A DNA stretch of 63,213 nt, the filler included, from Stramenopiles sp. TOSAG23-2 (taxonomy: Eukaryota), in NCBI GenBank assembly GCA_900128395.1. It is 6 parts of 6 records of this genome, joined end to end, with 100 filler letters (N's around TTAATTAATTAA, not from the genome) between each part and the next. Parts side by side here need not be neighbours in the genome. Positions count along the whole stretch, not along the records: positions 28,299 to 56,430 come from LT649406.1; 5 more parts are not named here. One strand, 5' to 3'. How positions within the stretch are numbered: position 1 is the stretch's first letter; each line of letters opens with the position of its first letter. The position numbers and the translations under genes were made by a program. Positions 42,201 to 54,600 of the stretch are shown here, piece by piece. Under the pieces are notes generated by a model. The model was not told the DNA's origin. It ran no database searches and saw only the letters and a program-made list of their open reading frames with translations.

Positions 42201-45200
42201 TGGAAGAAAGATAAAAGGAAGAAAGATAAAAAAGATACAAAGTCGACAACATCATCTTCTGTCTCTTCATATCAAAATAAAAAAGATAAAACATCGAAGG
42301 ACACACAAAAAAAGTCAAGTTGGTGGAAGCCATCATCATGGTGGAAGAAAGATAAAAAAGATACAAAGTCGACAACATCATCTTCTGTCTCTTCATATCA
42401 AAATAAAAAAGATAAAACATCGAAGGACACAAAAAAAAAGTCAAGTTGGTGGAAGCCATCATCATGGTGGAAAAAAGATAAAAAAGATACAAAGTCAACG
42501 ACAACATCATCTTCTACACAAGATGATGATACGACATCGAAAGATACACAAAAAAAGTCAAGTTGGTGGAAGCCATCATCATGGTGGAAGAAAGATAAAA
42601 AAGATACAAAGTCGACAACATCATCTTCTGTCTCTTCATATCAAAATAAAAAAGATAAAACATCGAAGGACACACAAAAAAAGTCAAGTTGGTGGAAGCC
42701 ATCATCATGGTGGAAAAAAGATAAAAAAGATACAAAGTCAACGACAACATCATCTTCTACACAAGATGATGATACGACATCGAAAGATACACAAAAAAAG
42801 TCAAGTTGGTGGAAGCCATCATCATGGTGGAAGAAAGATAAAACCGATAAAGTGGATAAAACAACGTCCGAGACTAGTGGATCAATATATCCAGATCGAT
42901 ATCGCAGCGACCAAGTTATTTTTGGTGGTAGCAATGTTGAAAGCACTGATCCACAAGATATTGCACCGACGCAGCAAAAAGAACGCAGTCAAACAGAAAT
43001 TGATATACTTGCACAGAATAAAGCAAAACGTGATGAACTCTTGAAAATGAAAGAATTAGAACGGGCAAAAGCGGAGGAAAAACAAAAATCAACTTGGTGG
43101 AAGCCTACAACTTGGTTTAACAAAGATAAAGATGAGGAAGAAACTTCCAAGAAGGATTCCAATTTTCGTGGTCGTAAAAATACACTTGAAAATGACCAAC
43201 AGAAAATGTTCAAAGAGCTTGGTTATGGTGATGAACAACAAAGATAAAGATGAGGAAGAAACTTCCAAGAAGGATTCCAATTTTCGTGGTCGTAAAAATA
43301 CACTTGAAAATGACCAACAGAAAATGTTCAAAGAGCTTGGTTATGGTGATGAACAACAGCAGGAGTATATAGCAAAAGAGAAAGCCAGGATTAGGCCGAC
43401 AAATCAAAAGCACGACCCATCAAAGAGAAATGCGGAAGTGCGTGGTACCATTACTGATTATGATAAAGCAATGTCATTAGCGTCAAAAAATGCTTATGAA
43501 GGGCATAACCAAGAGATTGGCGAAAGGTTAGAAAAAACTTTTGAAGACGGTTCTAAAGTTGTTACAGACTTTGAAGTGGTGCAGACAAGTCGAAGTGTTA
43601 CCGTATATCGAGATCCGGTCAATAATAAAGTGTTGATAGCTGTTAAAGGTACTACCATGGCATTGAACTCCGATGTGACAGATGCTAATGCAAAAATAGC
43701 ATTCGCTTCAAATAACATTGGTGAATCCAAAATAGTGAAGCAAACACAAGCTGCAGTAGATAAATATGCCAAATTGTATCCTGACGCAGAGATAGAAATG
43801 ACAGGTCATTCGCTTGGTGGTACTGTTGTTCAACATATTGCGATTCACAATCCAGACAAAGTAGCGTATGCAACAGCGTTTAATCCTGGTTCTAATCCTA
43901 TCCTTGATAGGAAGGAAGATGATGAAGTGGGAAAACATACGAATATACGAACTGTAATGACTAAGGGTTCGTTTATAAGTAATGGACAGATAGATGTGGC
44001 TGATGTAGTCTTACCGGATCCAGGAGTCTCATCATGTTCCGGAACCTTTTGCAAAATGCTAGGTGGCAAGACAAATATAGAAACCAAACATGGTATTGGA
44101 AGATGTGGCTGATGTAGTCTTACCGGATCCAGGAGTCTCATCATGTTCCGGAACCTTTTGCAAAATGCTAGGTGGCAAGACAAATATAGAAACCAAACAT
44201 GGTATTGGAAATATTATGTGCCCAACATGTGAAAATAAATGGGGTGATTTAGGTTTTCCAGAAAGTGATGATGATACACATGCCTTATTACCCGAAGCCC
44301 GTGAAAAATATGATAAATTAAAGGCAAACAAAGAAAAGACAAAGGGTTTTCTCGGATGTGTTACCAGCTTTTCTATTTCATGTTTCAAGGAGCGTGGAAA
44401 AGCTAAAGATGATTTAAACGCATTCTGGGAGGGGCAAAAATCTGATCCAGGTTATCAACGTCGAAAATTGGATATGAGCCCGAAACAATTCAAAGAATAT
44501 AAAGAATTGGAAGCGAAAAGAAGAAGTTCCAAGAATCGTCGAGATTGGGAAGAATTTGTTTCAGTAAGCAAAAAAATTGGATATGAGCCCGAAACAATTC
44601 AAAGAATATAAAGAATTGGAAGCGAAAAGAAGAAGTTCCAAGAATCGTCGAGATTGGGAAGAATTTGTTTCAGTAAGCAAAAAAATGCGTGAATTGGAGC
44701 AAAATGCAAATCAATTTAAATTTAGACGTTTGATGGCACGAATTTTCAAAGCAAATAGAAAACAAGCAGTAGCACCTGTGGTGACAAAGACCGACTTGTT
44801 TGTTGATACTTTAGATGATTTAATTGCATCGTCTAATGATGCAAAAGAAATAGTAGCAGAAGCCAAAGTTATGCAGCAGCTTTTGCAATCAACTAATATT
44901 GATAAATTGTTAGTTAATAATTTGGTAGAAGATGCTATGAAAGTAGCAGCCTCGACTATCTATATGAAACAATCGCAGAAAATAGGTGGGTACGAAGTAT
45001 GTCCTATTGTTTTACAAAACGCCGAGTATAAACAATCTATAAATCATCTACTGGAGCAACTTGAATTTAAACACAATGCGGATCCAAGTAGAAGCACATA
45101 TACTGGGCCAGCCTCCTACCGATTAGGCACATGCGGTGTACCAAAATATTTTAATTTTGCCGGTGTAACGAGAGTAGATTATTACCCGCCAAAATATTGT

Positions 45201-45640
45201 ATACCTGAACCAAATATTCCAATAACAGTCGAAAGTCTTTATACATCTATTCCTGACTTAACACCGAAATTAGATGTTCGTTACGATAAAAAGAATCGCC
45301 GCTTATCTAGTTTAGTAGATTGTACTGGTGGCGATTGCAATTATTTAAAGGATAAATGCGACATAACAATGTTCAATTATGTTGTAAAGCAAAATAATAG
45401 AAAATTGTATACAATTGAGGTCACTGGTTTGACATACGTTATCACACCATTGTGCGCATTTGATGAAAGAAAACAAGATAGTAACTTTAGAAGTTTATTT
45501 TATGATTCCAAATGTATACAATTGAGGTCACTGGTTTGACATACGTTATCACACCATTGTGCGCATTTGATGAAAGAAAACAAGATAGTAACTTTAGAAG
45601 TTTATTTTATGATTCCAAATTAGCAGCTAATGGATCGTAG
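39295..45640 (+). CDS. Giant secreted protein: Cys domain - RRLL site - Trp/Lys/Ser tandem repeats - lipase class 3-like domain - C-terminal Cys domain (fragmented in this assembly)
   Basis: Signal peptide; successive ORFs overlap at 100-118 bp duplications and A-run slips; IAVKGT, TGHSLGG (43801-43821), AFNPG; final stop after LAANGS at 45640. Confidence 0.75.
40290..42845 (+). repeat. Coding tandem repeats: ~100-120 bp SSWWGKK units (3), 111-bp KKSGFFNWF units (4), 126-bp KKSSWWKPSSWW units (>10)
   Basis: Periodicity visible directly, e.g. GTCAAGTTGGTGG at 41365 and 41491. Confidence 0.95.
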
Positions 45641-46228
45641 TGGTGGTAATTTAAAAAGAATAACAATGTAATTTTAAAATGTTAAAATAATGTCCTTTTA
45701 TACTTGATATATTGAAATTAGTATTATTACGGTTTAGGTTTATCTGCCAAAATATGCATTTCACATTTTATTATAAATACATTTATAAAGCACAAATATG
45801 CATATCCATCCAATCTTCCACAAATTCTAAACGATATCTTGTAATATCCTGTATTGCATTAAATGAAGAAATAAAAAAAAGACATTTACATTTTAATTTG
45901 TAAATATTAATACCTGGTAGTTTAGTAATTGAGGTTAATTTATTGGAAAATGGCGGAGATTTTTGTATTCTTTGAATGCTATTTCATATTACTGTAAAAT
46001 TTGTATTATACTTAACACACTAACGAAAAAAAAAATGAATCGAAAATCGAACAAAATAAAAAATGTAAATGTAATAAAAAATAATATTTGATGTATATAT
46101 AATTAGAATAATGTAGAAAATAGAAAACAAAAGACACAGAATAAAAGAAAAACAAATATTTCCGCTATTTATTCTTATATTTTGATTTCTTATTCTATAT
46201 CCCCCCCTCCCAGAAAACATATATATAA

Positions 46229-47383
46229 ATGAAAAGATTATCCATATTAAAAAGACATTTCACATCATCCATCATGGCTGCAAAGCAAACAAATTCAGAA
46301 GTTTCTAATTCTATACAAAACTCGACGTGCTTCGTTACGTTAACACGTTCTAAGAAATTAAATTCATTAACTATGAATATGATTAATGGTTTAAACGATG
46401 TATTTCATAACATTGTTTTAAAAGATAAAGTCAAAGTGCTTGTATTGGAAGGAGAAGGTGCAAAAGCATTTTGTGCTGGTGGTGACGTTGCAAAAGTTCG
46501 TGAGTCTGGTTTATCTGACGATAAAAGTTTAACATATAATTTTTTTCATGATGAATATCTTTTGAATCATATTATTGGGACACAACAATTTGCCGATCAA
46601 ATTTCAATTTGGGATGGCATTACGATGGGTGGTGGTGTAGGAATTTCAGTTCATGGAAAATATAGGGTAGCAACTGAAAAAACATTATTTGCAAAACCTG
46701 AAACTGCAATTGGATTTTTCCCTGATGTTGGTGGTTCATATTTTCTTTCTAAATTAGCTGGATCCTTAGGTCCATTTATTGGCATTACGGGTTGGAGATT
46801 AAATGCAAAAGATTTAATGTATACAGGTATAGCTACACATTATATTAAATCGGATCAAATTGAAGCGCTTAAAAATGAATTAGCAACCACTACGGTAAAT
46901 GATAAATCAACCGTTGCAAATATTTTAAATAAATTTGCATCTAAACCAGGAAATGAAGTGGCTGAAAGTAGCTTATTAAAAAATCGAGATGTTATTGATA
47001 AATGTTTTTCACATAATACAATAGAAGAAATATTTAATGCATTGGAAATGGAAAATAAAAATAATAACGGCAATGAAGAATTTGCAACTGAAGTATTAAA
47101 TACAATATCACCATTTTCACCAGCAGCGATGAAACAAACATTAATGTTGATTCAAAAAGGAACTGGATTACCATTATCAGATTGTTTAATAATGGAATTT
47201 AATTTATGCCAACATATTGTTCAAGATACTAATTCAGATTTTTATGAAGGTGTTCGCGCTGTACTTGTTGATAAAGATAGAAAATATGATTGGAAAGAAG
47301 GCAATACATTGGAAGAAGTTGATTTAAATGATATTGAGAAAAAATTCAATTCAATCGGTGATAAAAGTTTAGTTATAGGTTGA
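46229..47383 (+). CDS. HIBCH: 3-hydroxyisobutyryl-CoA hydrolase, mitochondrial
   Basis: KAFCAGGDV, WDGITMGGGVGISVHG, PETAIGFFPDVGG, DFYEGVRAVLVDKDR. Confidence 0.96.
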   Translation: MKRLSILKRHFTSSIMAAKQTNSEVSNSIQNSTCFVTLTRSKKLNSLTMNMINGLNDVFHNIVLKDKVKVLVLEGEGAKAFCAGGDVAKVRESGLSDDKSLTYNFFHDEYLLNHIIGTQQFADQISIWDGITMGGGVGISVHGKYRVATEKTLFAKPETAIGFFPDVGGSYFLSKLAGSLGPFIGITGWRLNAKDLMYTGIATHYIKSDQIEALKNELATTTVNDKSTVANILNKFASKPGNEVAESSLLKNRDVIDKCFSHNTIEEIFNALEMENKNNNGNEEFATEVLNTISPFSPAAMKQTLMLIQKGTGLPLSDCLIMEFNLCQHIVQDTNSDFYEGVRAVLVDKDRKYDWKEGNTLEEVDLNDIEKKFNSIGDKSLVIG

Positions 47384-47657
47384 AGTGTGTATTGTGTAAA
47401 GTTGATTTTAATTTGTTTTTGATGGATTTTGCTTTTTTTGTTTTGATGGATAGTGATGGGCATCTATTCTTGGTATTAATAGTATAACTTACTAAAAATA
47501 TTTATGTTTATGTATCTTTTTAATAAATAACAACCTACTACGTCTTAGTAACTTAGTCTTACCCGAAATATATATATATATATATATATATTGCATACTG
47601 CATATACAAATATATATATTGCATACTGAAACAAACAAAACAAACAATTACGCTACC

Positions 47658-48932
47658 ATGTCCTCAAAAGCAAGACCGAATTTCCCATTGTTAAAAAGAA
47701 ATAGAACGGCATCATTACAACAACGCGTATTGCCGCCATCCAATCAACGTGTTCCAGCATTAGAAAAAGAAAATTGGAGAGATGATATAAAACCTTTAAT
47801 CCCAGGAAAATATCCGGGCAATGTATTTAAAGCATTTGCAAATCATCCAGAATTTTTTAAAAATTGGATGCGCTGGGCAAATCATGTCGTATTTAAATCT
47901 GAATTGATGCAATCACATACGAGACAACGTAATTTAGCAATAGCAAGAACAGGTTATTTAAAAAATTGTGAATATACATTTGCCTCTTATATCAATATTG
48001 GTGCTGCAAGAGATGGAAAAAATGCACATTCAGCGTTCACTGCTGCTGATGTACAAGCTATACAAAATGGTTCTCAAGATTCACATTGGCGTTCAAATGC
48101 AAATCAATCCAAAAGCAACGATCCGAATTTAGATATTGCTGTCTTACGTGTTGCAGAGGAATTACATTTCGATGCATGTGTTACAGAAGAGACATGGAAT
48201 ATGTTATTGAAATCATTTAACTTGAAACAATGTGTAGATATTGTGGCAAGTTGTGGACATTACACATTAAATAGCTATTTATTGAATTCATTAGGTGTGC
48301 AAGCAGATACATTTAAAGTTGAATATACGTTTCCTAATTTCAAACAAACAGCTGGTAGTATTGTAGGTATGGCAAATGGTAAAAGACCAACAAAACCACG
48401 TATACAACCGGTGGATAAAGTGTATACGCCATTAAATATCAATGTCTTAAAAACTATGAGAAATCATCAAGATATGAATAAACGATGGTCAACATTTGCA
48501 CAATATGTTTTAAGCAATAAAAATAATAGTGTATCTCGTCGTTTACGGGAAATTGCAATTTTACGAACTGGATGGTTATGCAATAGTACATATGAATGGC
48601 ATCAACATATTCGTATGGCAAAAGCTGATTGTAATATGACAATGGCAGATTTCAAAGCAATTGAAATTGGATATACAAGTCCACATTGGAACGACGAAGA
48701 AAGAATTTTATTAAAAGCAACTGATGAATTACGATTTCATTGTGCATTGAATGATGAAATCTGGAGTGAAATGAATAAATATTATTCCACAAAACAAATC
48801 ATTGATTTAATTGCAACGGTTGGTCAATATACATTGGTATCATACATGTTAAATAGTTTTGGCGTTCAATTGGAAGAGGATTTAAATGTCACACCGAGGT
48901 ACGATACATTTCGCCCAGATTTAGCAATGTAA
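47658..48932 (+). CDS. Tandem carboxymuconolactone decarboxylase/AhpD-like protein (two repeats)
   Basis: Repeat 1 RNLAIARTGYLKNCEYTFASY..GHYTLNSYLLNSLGVQ; repeat 2 REIAILRTGWLCNSTYEWHQH..GQYTLVSYMLNSFGVQ. Confidence 0.88.
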   Translation: MSSKARPNFPLLKRNRTASLQQRVLPPSNQRVPALEKENWRDDIKPLIPGKYPGNVFKAFANHPEFFKNWMRWANHVVFKSELMQSHTRQRNLAIARTGYLKNCEYTFASYINIGAARDGKNAHSAFTAADVQAIQNGSQDSHWRSNANQSKSNDPNLDIAVLRVAEELHFDACVTEETWNMLLKSFNLKQCVDIVASCGHYTLNSYLLNSLGVQADTFKVEYTFPNFKQTAGSIVGMANGKRPTKPRIQPVDKVYTPLNINVLKTMRNHQDMNKRWSTFAQYVLSNKNNSVSRRLREIAILRTGWLCNSTYEWHQHIRMAKADCNMTMADFKAIEIGYTSPHWNDEERILLKATDELRFHCALNDEIWSEMNKYYSTKQIIDLIATVGQYTLVSYMLNSFGVQLEEDLNVTPRYDTFRPDLAM

Positions 48933-48947
48933 AGGAGAGAGCGAGAA

Positions 48948-48980
<33 letters not shown>

Positions 48981-49299
48981 AGTGTAAAATATATTATTTT
49001 ATGATATTATATTTCTCAATATAACTTTAGATTTGAACCAACATAAATATGGGTCATATGCATATATATAAAAAATTATATATAAAACATTTTTACACAC
49101 GCATCTCGCTTTTAAAATCTTGATATATATTACGACGTATATATAATATACATCATATATATATATATATATAATTAAAAAATCTGTTTATACTACATCC
49201 ATTTTTTGCCATGGATTGTAATAAACTGAACAACAATCACATGTAGCAAAACAACTTTCTTTCGTAGTATATACAAGGATATATAATTAAAAAATCTGT

Positions 49300-50013
49300 T
49301 TATACTACATCCATTTTTTGCCATGGATTGTAATAAACTGAACAACAATCACATGTAGCAAAACAACTTTCTTTCGTAGTATATACAAGGGCCCTCCCAC
49401 AATCGCATACTGGCAAGGTGACATTTTTACAACACCAACAAGTAGGTGCACGTAAACATATTTTCCAACTCCATTTTGAAAAATTAACAACAGCTTTGAC
49501 TGCTCTATAAATAGCATATATAATAATACCAACAACAATCGCTATGGTAAAGATAGCCATACCATCCATACCACCATTTAAGCGCAAGTTTAAATCAATC
49601 GTAGAATGATTTAAAATATTTTGTTCTTTTAATGTTATTCTATTGTTGTTATTATTATTACTATCATCACTATTATTATCACGTTGTTTTTTATAAATTG
49701 GTCTACCATTTATACTATATATTTGTTCATTTTTATTTAAACCAACGCGATCTTCGATATATTTTTCAATATCTTCCAATGTCCTTGGATTATTCACCGT
49801 GATGATCGATTGATCATATAAACGAACAAATATTTGATATGGTGTATCGTCATTATCGTTTTGTTCATATTGTTGTATGGTTATTTCCACGTCTTTTTTC
49901 CCAATCTTATTATCATTAATAATATTAATACTTGTTGATAATGGTATTGTTAATAGTTTGCTCGATCCATTTTCATAATAATCTATATTCGACATGGCGT
50001 CATCTGAATACAT
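49300..50013 (-). CDS. Ubiquitin-like domain fused to a TM helix and Cys-rich tail
   Basis: YQIFVR..IEDRVGL..EQ..GR..TLKEQNILNHSTIDLNLRLNGG, then a hydrophobic helix and multiple CC/CxC. Confidence 0.8.
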   Translation of the reverse strand: MYSDDAMSNIDYYENGSSKLLTIPLSTSINIINDNKIGKKDVEITIQQYEQNDNDDTPYQIFVRLYDQSIITVNNPRTLEDIEKYIEDRVGLNKNEQIYSINGRPIYKKQRDNNSDDSNNNNNNRITLKEQNILNHSTIDLNLRLNGGMDGMAIFTIAIVVGIIIYAIYRAVKAVVNFSKWSWKICLRAPTCWCCKNVTLPVCDCGRALVYTTKESCFATCDCCSVYYNPWQKMDVV

Positions 50014-50247
50014 GATGTATTTGCTTCGTAATCTTAATCTTAAGATTTATTTATGGTATTGTTAATAGTTTGCTCGATCCATTTTCATAATAATCTATAT
50101 TCGACATGGCGTCATCTGAATACATGATGTATTTGCTTCGTAATCTTAATCTTAATATTTATTTATCTATATATATATATATATATGTATATATGATTCT
50201 ATCCCTCCATTCCACTTATACTTTCTATCTTTCTTACAAAACCAAAG

Positions 50248-51440
50248 TGTATATATATGTTTTGTCCTCCACTTTTTTTTAAAATAAACCTCCTTTAAAA
50301 CTACATTAAGGTATTATTTATTGTATAGAAAAATCTGGTTTCAACACGTGGTTTTATTAATTGCCTATCGTATTATATGGAAAATACAACGGAACACAAT
50401 TCGAAAATTACGAAAATCAAATAATGAATATGAAAAATATTCGCAAAAAAAAAAAATATTATACTTTGATTGGTCTATTTATTCGACAAAGGTAGTGTAT
50501 AAAAACTATTTTTTCCAAAATAATTTCAGTAAAACATATGATCTGCGGATGATACACCTATCAATTTTGTACCATCTTTGATTGGTCTATTTATTCGACA
50601 AAGGTAGTGTATAAAAACTATTTTTTCCAAAATAATTTCAGTAAAACATATGATCTGCGGATGATGCACCTATCAATTTTGTACCATGATTGTATACTCT
50701 ACTACTGATCATTATATTTCATAAATGATATAACTAAGTTGATATTACCGTATACTTTGATTGGTCTATTTATTATACGACAAGGTAGTATAAAAACTAT
50801 TTTTTCCAAAATAATTTCAGTAAAACATATGATCTGCGGATCATACACCTATCAATTTTGTACCATGTATATATATGTTTTGTCCTCCACTTTTTTTTAA
50901 AATAAACCTCCTTTAAAACTACATTAAGGTATTATTTATTGTATAGAAAAATCTGGTTTCAACACGTGGTTTTATTAATTGCCTATCGTATTATATGGAA
51001 AATACAACGGAACACAATTCGAAAATTACGAAAATCAAATAATGAATATGAAAAATATTCGCAAAAAAAAAAAATATTATACTTTGATTGGTCTATTTAT
51101 TCGACAAAGGTAGTGTATAAAAACTATTTTTTCCAAAATAATTTCAGTAAAACATATGATCTGCGGATGATGCACCTATCAATTTTGTACCATGATTGTA
51201 TACTCTACTACTGATCATTATATTTCATAAATGATATAACTAAGTTGATATTACCGTATACTTTGATTGGTCTATTTATTATACGACAAGGTAGTATAAA
51301 AACTATTTTTTCCAAAATAATTTCAGTAAAACATATGATCTGCGGATGATGCACCTATCAATTGTGTACCATGATTGTATACTCTACTACTGATCATTAT
51401 ATTTCATAAATGATATAACTAAGTTGATATTACCGTATAC
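50248..51440. repeat. Complex non-coding tandem repeat (~618-bp duplication with nested ~120-175 bp subunits)
   Basis: CTTTGATTGGTCTATTTATT..CATATGATCTGCGGAT..GTACCAT occurs five times; the 50248-50865 block recurs from 50866. Confidence 0.9.
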
Positions 51441-51661
51441 ACATACTGTATCAGTAAAAATCACCTTAGTGCCTTTTTGCACCACTTTTTTTTAAAAAAC
51501 ACTTCAATAGATCTATTCAAAACAACAAAATAAAAGAGTTGTTCGTATCATACGGATGTAATTAAAACATTTATTAGTTTTTTCTTGCTTTTTTTCTTTT
51601 TAATTAACAATTGATTATTACTTAGCATATATAATAGCCGCTGAATCAAAGTAACACAACC

Positions 51662-54600
51662 ATGTCGTCGAACGATAATAATAATGAACAGTCACCACCG
51701 AAACGTCCACCACGTAAAAATAATTTAAAAATCTTGGAAAAATATAAAATTATTAAAGAACTTGGACGTGGTGCATTTGGTGCAGCTTTATTAGTAACAC
51801 GACATACGGATAATAAAAATTTTGTGATGAAAAAAATTGATTTACAGAATATGCCACCACAAGAAAAAAAAGCTGCAGAGATTGAAGTTAATGTCTTGAA
51901 AAAGTTAAAACACCAAAATATTGTAAAATATGTCGAGAGTGGATTTGAAGAAAGTCAACGTAGTGGCAATAGTCGTTTTCGCACGTCACATTTATTAATA
52001 GTTATGGAATTTGCTAATGGTGGTGATTTATCTGCCTTAGTTGCAAAGCAAAAGAAAATGGTACCAAGGAAATACTTTAAAGAAAGTCGCATAATGAGAA
52101 TCACTATTCAATGTATGCTTGCGTTAGGTTACATGCATAGTCAGCATATCATGCATCGTGATATCAAATCTGCAAATGTTTTTTTACATAATCAAGGTAC
52201 CAGAGGAGAAATTGTGAAACTAGGTGACTTTGGAATTGCAAAAGTATTAGATAACACCTTTCAAAAAGCACGAACGGTTGCTGGCACACCGTATTACATG
52301 TCCCCAGAAATTTGTAAAGATCAACCATATACCATTAAAAGTGACGTATGGTCCCTTGGTATATTATTGCATGAATTAGCACTTTTAGATTTTCCATTTA
52401 ATGCAAGTAATTTATTAGGTTTGGTGCAGAAAGTGGTAAAACAACCAGCGAAACGTTTGCCAACTATCTTTTCCAAAGAATTTCAAACTATAGCAAGAGA
52501 AATGTTAAGTAAAGATCCACGAAAACGACCGGATATAAGGCATTTATTGAGAAAGCCATACGTACGCGAAGGTGTGCAAAGGTTATTGGAAGAAACTCAA
52601 TATAAAGTAAAAAGTATTGCGGAAGATAAGCAACAAAAAACACCTCGTGGATTAGCTACTAGGATGAAAAAAATTCAGGATGATATTTCTAAATTAAAAG
52701 TAGGGCGAAATCGCCCAAGGCCATCACGTCAAAATTATAAAAACGCAGAGGATGAAAGGCGCAGGCAACACCAACTGCAACAACAAAAGGAAGAGCAACA
52801 GCGAAGAGAAAAAGAGGAGAAACAGCGCTTAAAAAAAGAGGAACAAAATAAAAAAATGAAGCAAAAATATGCTGAAAGGCGAAGAAAACAACGTGAGGCA
52901 ATGTTACGGGATCGAAAACGATCAAAAGAAAAGTTGGATAAACGACCACAATGGAATAATGATTGGCATCAAGATGATGATGTAGAAGTATTAGTATCAG
53001 ATCAGCAATATGAATCCGTAAAATTGCAACAACAACAACAATTAGTACAACAAGAACAACAAGAATTAGTACAACAACAAGAACAACAACAAGAACAACA
53101 ACAGCAATACAATGAATCACCACCACGTAAACATCACAATGTGATTGATCGATATTTGAAACATGGTTCAACTGATTTTCAATTAAATAATGGCAAAAAT
53201 ATCAATAATAATCTCCCCCCAAAGCAAGGTGCAAATCCATTCAGTAGTAACGGTGCATTTAAAAATGCGAGTGGTTCTGCCGTTGCTAAGAAAAAATCAT
53301 CTAGTTCGAATGATGATGATGATCAAGATGGTACACGTGAAATTATGTTTGATAGAAATAATGATGGTGCTGCAAAAATGCCACGTTCACCAAATAAATT
53401 TTATCGACCATCAGCAGCACAGCATCAACGTCAACCATATGAACAATATTCTAAAGAAGCGATGCAAGTACAGCAACATAATAAATACAATTATTTACAC
53501 CAACACCAACAGCAACAGCGACAACAACAGCGACAACAACAGCGACAACAACAATACAATAACAATGGCATTTATGTTAATAATAGTAATTTACCTCCAC
53601 CATCTTCAAATCGTAATTATATCCAACCAAGACAGTTGCAACAAAACCAACAAGCATATGGCAACTCTGGATGGAGATCCAATGAGCCCTCACCATATGG
53701 ATATCAACAACAGTATCGTCATCAGCAACAGCAGAAACAGTTTGGAGGAGGAGGAGGAGGAGGAGGAGGTGGTGGTGGTGGTGGTGGTGGTGGTATGATG
53801 TATAACGAATCTCCACAAAGAGAGCAATATCGACGAGATATAGCAGCGGATGAAAGGCGGAAAATATTCGAGCAGAATCAGCAAGCAATGTTGAGAAATT
53901 GGTATGATGTATAACGAATCTCCACAAAGAGAGCAATATCGACGAGATATAGCAGCGGATGAAAGGCGGAAAATATTCGAGCAGAATCAGCAAGCAATGT
54001 TGAGAAATAAACGTAGACACGAGGAAGAGTTGCGAAGACATCATCCTAGTGCATTAGGGGAATACCTCCCAAATCAACACACAAATCGTGCTACGTCTGC
54101 ACCATTGCGAGACTCTGTTGAAGCTAATAGACGTAGTAATGACAGCAGATCATCAGCTGAAGATAGAAGGAAAGAAAAACTCCGCCGAAGAGAATCGGAT
54201 GATATTGCATATCGCGAAAAATTAAAGCAAGTTAGGGAGCAAGCTCACCAAGATAGATTAATGGTATTGGCGAAAAAAGAAGAAAGGGAGCGAGTAGAAG
54301 CACAGCAGCGTGCACAACAATATGGACAACAACATCATGACGTGCCCTCAAATGCCATGGCGAATAAACCTTCTTCAAAACCACGCACGCGAAAGCAAAT
54401 GATGGAAGAAAAACGCCTGCTTCAAGAGAAGAAAGATCAAGAATATAAGAAACAGTTGGAGAGAGCGCGCAAGGAAGCATACGAGCAAAGACAACAATTG
54501 CAAAGGAAACACCAAAAGCGCCAAAATAGCCAGGAATCAACTGATAGTAATAACAGTGGTGGCAATGATGCATTGAAGAACACAGGAAAGCAAAACAGTG

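Noticed and set aside
40290-42845. Regular repeats as a CRISPR array
   Set aside because: No unique spacers; the main unit lengths (111, 126) are multiples of three and encode protein repeats.
40083-43247. Listed 1054-aa ORF as an independent gene
   Set aside because: Its first two-thirds is largely an off-frame reading of the repeats; only parts are in the true frame of the larger secreted protein.
50321-51214. Two near-identical 86/91-aa ORFs
   Set aside because: They lie in a non-coding repeat, start at TTG and show no protein-like motifs.
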